Part shown: positions 59,201 through 64,000 of the stretch, in pieces
How positions within the stretch are numbered: the stretch's first letter is position 1
Layout of the letters: each line of letters starts with the position of its first letter
DNA from: Anthoceros angustus
Lineage: Eukaryota; Plantae; Anthocerotophyta
Direction of reading: 5' to 3'
DNA: 64,000 bases
NCBI GenBank assembly: GCA_010909165.1
Contig: VJWM01000209.1
Span: 248,001-312,000, forward strand
Notes under the pieces: generated by a model
The model's input: only the letters and a program-made list of their open reading frames with translations
What the model was told of the DNA's origin: nothing
The model's database searches: none
Translations under genes and position numbers: made by a program

Positions 59201-62200
59201 GGCTTAATCTCAATCAATTCGCATTTACCATTAGTATCGCCTTCCACCCACCAAAGATTGCCTTGTGCATCCGGAGGGAGGAGACAATAGACTATAGCAT
59301 GCAAACCAATCACCATACATGATTTATTCCACTTCAGTGACGCTGATCGTATGACGCAGCATGTGTCATGTCAACGGTCAGCGTATCATGACGGGCACCA
59401 AACCATACCCATCCATTCCGCCAAGCATAAGACAGTCAGCCGGTTTTTATTGCGTGGCGGCATGGGAAGTACAAGTAGTGATCAAGGATGAAGGACTTTC
59501 CCATCCCAATGTTTAATTACGTGTAGCATATGTCCCCACATTGTGAGGTATAAACCGTCCACGACTCACCGGTTGCCGTGCCCCGAGACGGCAAGAGCTA
59601 GGGACGACGGCCCTCCAGTCCTTGATGGTGACGAGGAGAGCAACCTCCCATCCATCATCCTCGATGGCCATCGTCATTGACGGTGGCCTTGTCCTTGTGG
59701 CCATCGTCGGTTTCCACCACTGTGCAACAATAATGTGCACACACTTCGCAATGATCCACAAGACCACGAATTGAGGGCGGAAGGCGGCGGTTTTGACTTA
59801 TCACAGTTCACAAACACTTTAGCCCGCAGCATGGACTTGTAGGTAGGCTTAATAGGGCCAAAAAGTGTTCACATCCGCACCTCACTGGGCGAACCCCGGC
59901 CATACTGTGTGGTCACTGAACACCATGCCGCACCACGTGGAAGGAACCACCTCGCCACCGAGCAACCAAGTCCCCACGAGGGATAGCCACGTGAGAGGCT
60001 GCTCCACGCCATGAGTGGGCGGTGACGCCCTCCAACCTTTGCAAGGATCCTTGATGGCTATCAAGATTTCTAGTTGTGCACCAAGATGGAGACATGAACA
60101 CACGCCTGGTGGTCACCACCACCCGCCCATTTAGGTTTCCGACGGAAGCTAGCTCCAGGATACGCCAACATGTCCGTCATACATGGCATAAGGTAGCAAG
60201 GAGAGCGCGCGGTAGGCATATTTCCTGAAAGATGTGCTCTTGCTTGTTGCGAGGATGACCAAGAGAAAGGTAGTAAGCGTGAAGCGAGGGCAAGGTGGTG
60301 ACATTTAAAGCGGACCACCACCTTCTGACCTCTTGTGCCCCAGGCCACATCGGGTTGCGTGATGAGAGGATCTTGAATTTCAAACCCGGCCCTTACATGC
60401 GACAAACCAAACATGGCGGGCTTTGATGGTCGACCGTCAATCATCAGGACGATTCTGTTGCCGTAAATACAGCAATGAATGAGGTGAAGCTGGCTCTACC
60501 TGACCCCATGGGCCGCTGAATGCGAAGTTTGTTTTCATGTTCCCTATAGGGTCGGAAACTTTGCGCTACTTGACCTATGCACGCCATAGTGACGCCGTGA
60601 GCCGCCACCCTAGCATGGTGCCGGACTCATTGCGTGAATACATTATACGTTCCCGCCATGATGACGCCAGCATGTGATTGGTGGAGAGCGTAATGGGAGT
60701 CTCGAACGATTTAACATCATTATTATCTAGGAGAACCGGGAAATTGGCATATATATGGCAAACCACAGTATCGGACTCATCTCTTCATTCCTTGGCATAA
60801 TGAAAGGGGCATTAGTTTGCTTGAATGGCTCTCACGTGCCACCCACCGTCCTTGCACAATGGTGGTAGATGTTGATATAGATTATTACCTAAACAAGTGG
60901 AACAAAAGAACTGGCTCCGCTTCGACGCTCAAACCATCTTTTCGCACGACGTGTGGTGGCTGTTTTCTTCCATGCCATGAGTTTTCAATTATTGTAATGG
61001 TTCAAACACTCCACCTTCAGCTTGACCATGGTGGAGGGAGAATTTTATTTGAGAGAAAAGTGTGGAACCATTGTCCTTGGTTCATGGCTAAGTTAGTAAG
61101 ACGGCCAGCGACCTTGTCATGGCATGGCACTCGGTCATCTGCCACTCGAAATCAAATCAGACAAACACTCTGTCCTTGGGTCACGAAATGGTCATAAAAA
61201 ATCACTGGGACTATATATGGCATGCATGGAAGAATGGCATACCGCTCGATAAGGAAGGTTTCGTGTTACTCGCACAAACACGGAAGTAAGCGCCAACATG
61301 GAAGGTGGCATGGCAAGATCGTATAGCCATGCCACGTAGTCCCCTTCTGATGGAAGCACGGCGAAGGATGGTCCTAAGCGGCCGGCAAGTGGAGGTGGGC
61401 ACGTGCGGGAGAATGCGGATTCAACCTGGGCGGGAGTGGAGAGGGTGGATGATCATCAGCAGGGAGCAGGAGGCGGGCAGTAGAGAGAGGTGTTGGCCGG
61501 AGGGAGAACTTCCAACAGAAGTGGGAGTTCACGCCAGTCTGGCCAAAGAGGAGGACGATGTTGAGAGAAAGCGCCCGCAAGGGGAGGGGTGTCTCTAAAT
61601 GTGTGGGAGAGCTAATGCTGAGCCGACGCTTTGTTGCAGAGAGAGAATCCAAAACTTTTCAGAGGAGGAATCGCCAGTGGCCGGCCGTGACATCGTGAGG
61701 GGAGAGGAATTTGGCGTGGAGTCCGGAGAAAGAAAGAGGCATCGGGTGATCGGGAGGAGCATGGTGGTGTCATGAGGCCCAAGACCGCCTAATCGTGGGC
61801 TGTAGAGAGGCGGCCATTGGTCTTGTGGACCTTCTTCTGCTCGGGTGATGGCATGATGGATAACCCCAACAACGTGGGAGGAGGATGTCTCTGTGAGGGG
61901 AGGAAATTGTACTGCCCGGGAGATGGGGCTGGTTCAAGCCACTGGAAATGAGGCGGTTGCGAGGCGGCCAAGAACGCGTGCATATGATGGTCGAGGAGGA
62001 TCAGTGAAGAGAAGGATACCTGGCAGTTAATGATGGGGAAAGCGCATACAGCGTAGAGGCTGATGTGGAGATGGCGGACGATGAGTGGAGGAGACCCATT
62101 ATACCACCATATACCCACCTACATTGAAAGGAATTGAGAATTGATGGAGGCAAAGGTTGGCGGTAAGCCACACCGACGCCATTGCCGTGTTGTGTGTGCT

Positions 62201-63850
62201 GATGGGCGGTGGGGAGGTACATGGTCAGTGGAGCCTAAGGCCTATTATGTGCGATGGAGGTTGGGTGGAGAATGAGGTTGGACCGAGTTAACTGCTGGTA
62301 ACGTAGATATGTAGGACGCGTGAAGCTCTAAGTGATGTGTGTGCATGACTGCAGGGAAGAAGGGAAGTGGGAAAGTCAGGAAGGTAGAAGGCCATAAGGC
62401 TGTCGAAGGAAGGCACAGCATGTATACTAGTGGAGAGAAGGAAGATGGAGGAAAGGTGGCAAATGGTGGGGCGTCACCGCCAAGTGATGCATGGAGGCAA
62501 CGTGAGATGGTGAGTGAACCCGATGTGGGAGCGGAGCGCTCGAAGAGATGGTGGGGAACACGGATGTGAGGAGTAGCACCTTTGAGAGATGGTGCAGTTT
62601 TGGATGGATGAGAGAATGCGGGATGCAGATGCAATGAAAACAACTAGTGGCAGTGGGCCCGTTATGGAGGTGGAATGTGAATGTTCGAGCCATTTTCTTG
62701 CGAGATCGGAGTTCCCAGATGCGGGTGGACCGGTGATGGTCAATCAAGAACAAAGCAGATGGAATTGGTATTCCCACCTTTATAGCCTAGCATTTACGAG
62801 GGGTCCTTAAGTAGTGATTGAGGCTGGATAGGTCTAGGAATGTGGAACCCCCGAAACAATGGTGTTGTCTCAGAAGTCACCAAGTGACGCCGACCATGAC
62901 GCGTATGGCTATCACTTGGAAGAGCATATGTTTGTAGATAAAGTTAATTGTATGGCAAATTGGCAACAATGTGATAGAGATAGGGGAACAGACTGTCCAA
63001 AATTCCAATTAATTTGTCAATAAAATCAAACACTTATATATGCAAGGTGCTGAGGTAGCAGGGTTTAACGCATATTACAATATAAACAAGTCTTGGCTAT
63101 ATACGTATAATGTATACAAAGGAGGTATATAAGTACACTAATATAATATAAGTACTCAGATGGATGTATATATATGTACACATACCCGTATGTCTTGAAG
63201 CCTATATACTTATATGTATACAAAGGATATACAAGGAGGTAAAATAGGAAGGAAGGACGGCCCCATGAGGGGAGGAAGGTCCTTGTTATAATCATGTTGC
63301 AAGGAAGAGGGAAGAGTATAAAATGGTTGTGATGGGGAGGTCCTTCTCCAACAGTCATGATGGAGGAGAAGTGAAAGAGTATAAAAAGTGGTGTAAGGGG
63401 AGGTAACTAGCAAGGTGAGGTGAGAGGAGAGACCAAGCATTGTGTTAAGATGGGGTGAGAAGGTGGATAAGAAATTGACACCACCAAGCCATAAGAGTGT
63501 TGCAATTTTGAAGTGGTACATGAAGTGAGAGACCAAGCATTGTGTTAGGATGGTGGGAGAAGGAAGAGAAAAATGGACCAACTTAACACCAAGCCATCAA
63601 AACATGTTGCAAGTTGGAAGTGTTACATAAAATTGCAACACGTAATAAGGCGGTGGGAAATTATTAATAATGCTTGTGAGAGGGTGTACCCGGAAGGGTG
63701 AGGTGGGAAGAGAGTGCCGGGTTCGTGTTAAGATGGCACAAGCGGGACAGAACTAACAAACTTAATACCAAGCCTCCAAAACATGTTGCAATGTGGAAGT
63801 GTAACAAAAATTGCAACATCGGTAACATAGGGTGCCCTTTTCTAGTAGGG
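56208..63850. mobile_element. CACTA-superfamily variant with CCCTA termini, 7643 bp, no recognisable transposase
   Basis: Left end CCCTACTA-AATGGGCACCCTATGTTAC; right end (reverse complement) CCCTACTAGAAAAGGGCACCCTATGTTAC; 3-bp TSD TCA (56205-56207, 63851-63853). TGTTGCAAT/GTTACAC subterminal repeats occur at both ends. Confidence 0.85.
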
Positions 63851-64000
63851 TCAACAGCAGTAGCGCTGACACGCCTCCCTTCGCGCCCGGGATTTACCTG
63901 TTGGTGAGGGTTTGAGGCTGCCTCCTCGCGATTGCGCCTCTCCGGTGATTATCGCGGTATCCCAGAATGCAGCTCCTCCGTCTCGGCGCTCCGGCCAGAT

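Overview
Eukaryotic, repeat-dense plant genomic DNA. It is probably a non-seed land plant such as a fern or lycophyte; this is inferred from the PLS-class PPR style and the TE content. Only one gene looks intact: a 9-exon CYP85-clan cytochrome P450 (565-2945, +, 480 aa). The rest is nested, mostly degenerate transposable elements. (1) A Ty1/Copia element (3085-28014) is interrupted in gag by a ~19.9-kb terminal-inverted-repeat DNA transposon (4561-24412; 24/26-bp TIRs, CAAG duplication). That element carries a DDE-type transposase (+) and, divergently, a ParB-like + beta-class N4C/N6A DNA methyltransferase gene (-), which is itself split by a CACTA element (9326-14542, TCT TSD). (2) A chromodomain Ty3/Gypsy element (30523-37811, -) has non-canonical AGT...ACT LTR ends and an AATAC TSD. 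(3) A cluster of broken host-gene pieces (ABC1 kinase, delta-COP, PLS-PPR) lies at ~38.5-43 kb. (4) A second truncated Copia is hit by a second CACTA from 45473. (5) A 7.6-kb CCCTA-ended CACTA variant lies at 56208-63850 with a TCA TSD. At least nine near-identical tandem duplications (0.24-1.7 kb) have microhomology junctions and mostly differ by single-base indels. They suggest noisy long-read assembly, so many frameshifts may be artefacts. No rRNA, tRNA or CRISPR array was seen. All protein-family calls come from motifs read by eye; no searches were run.
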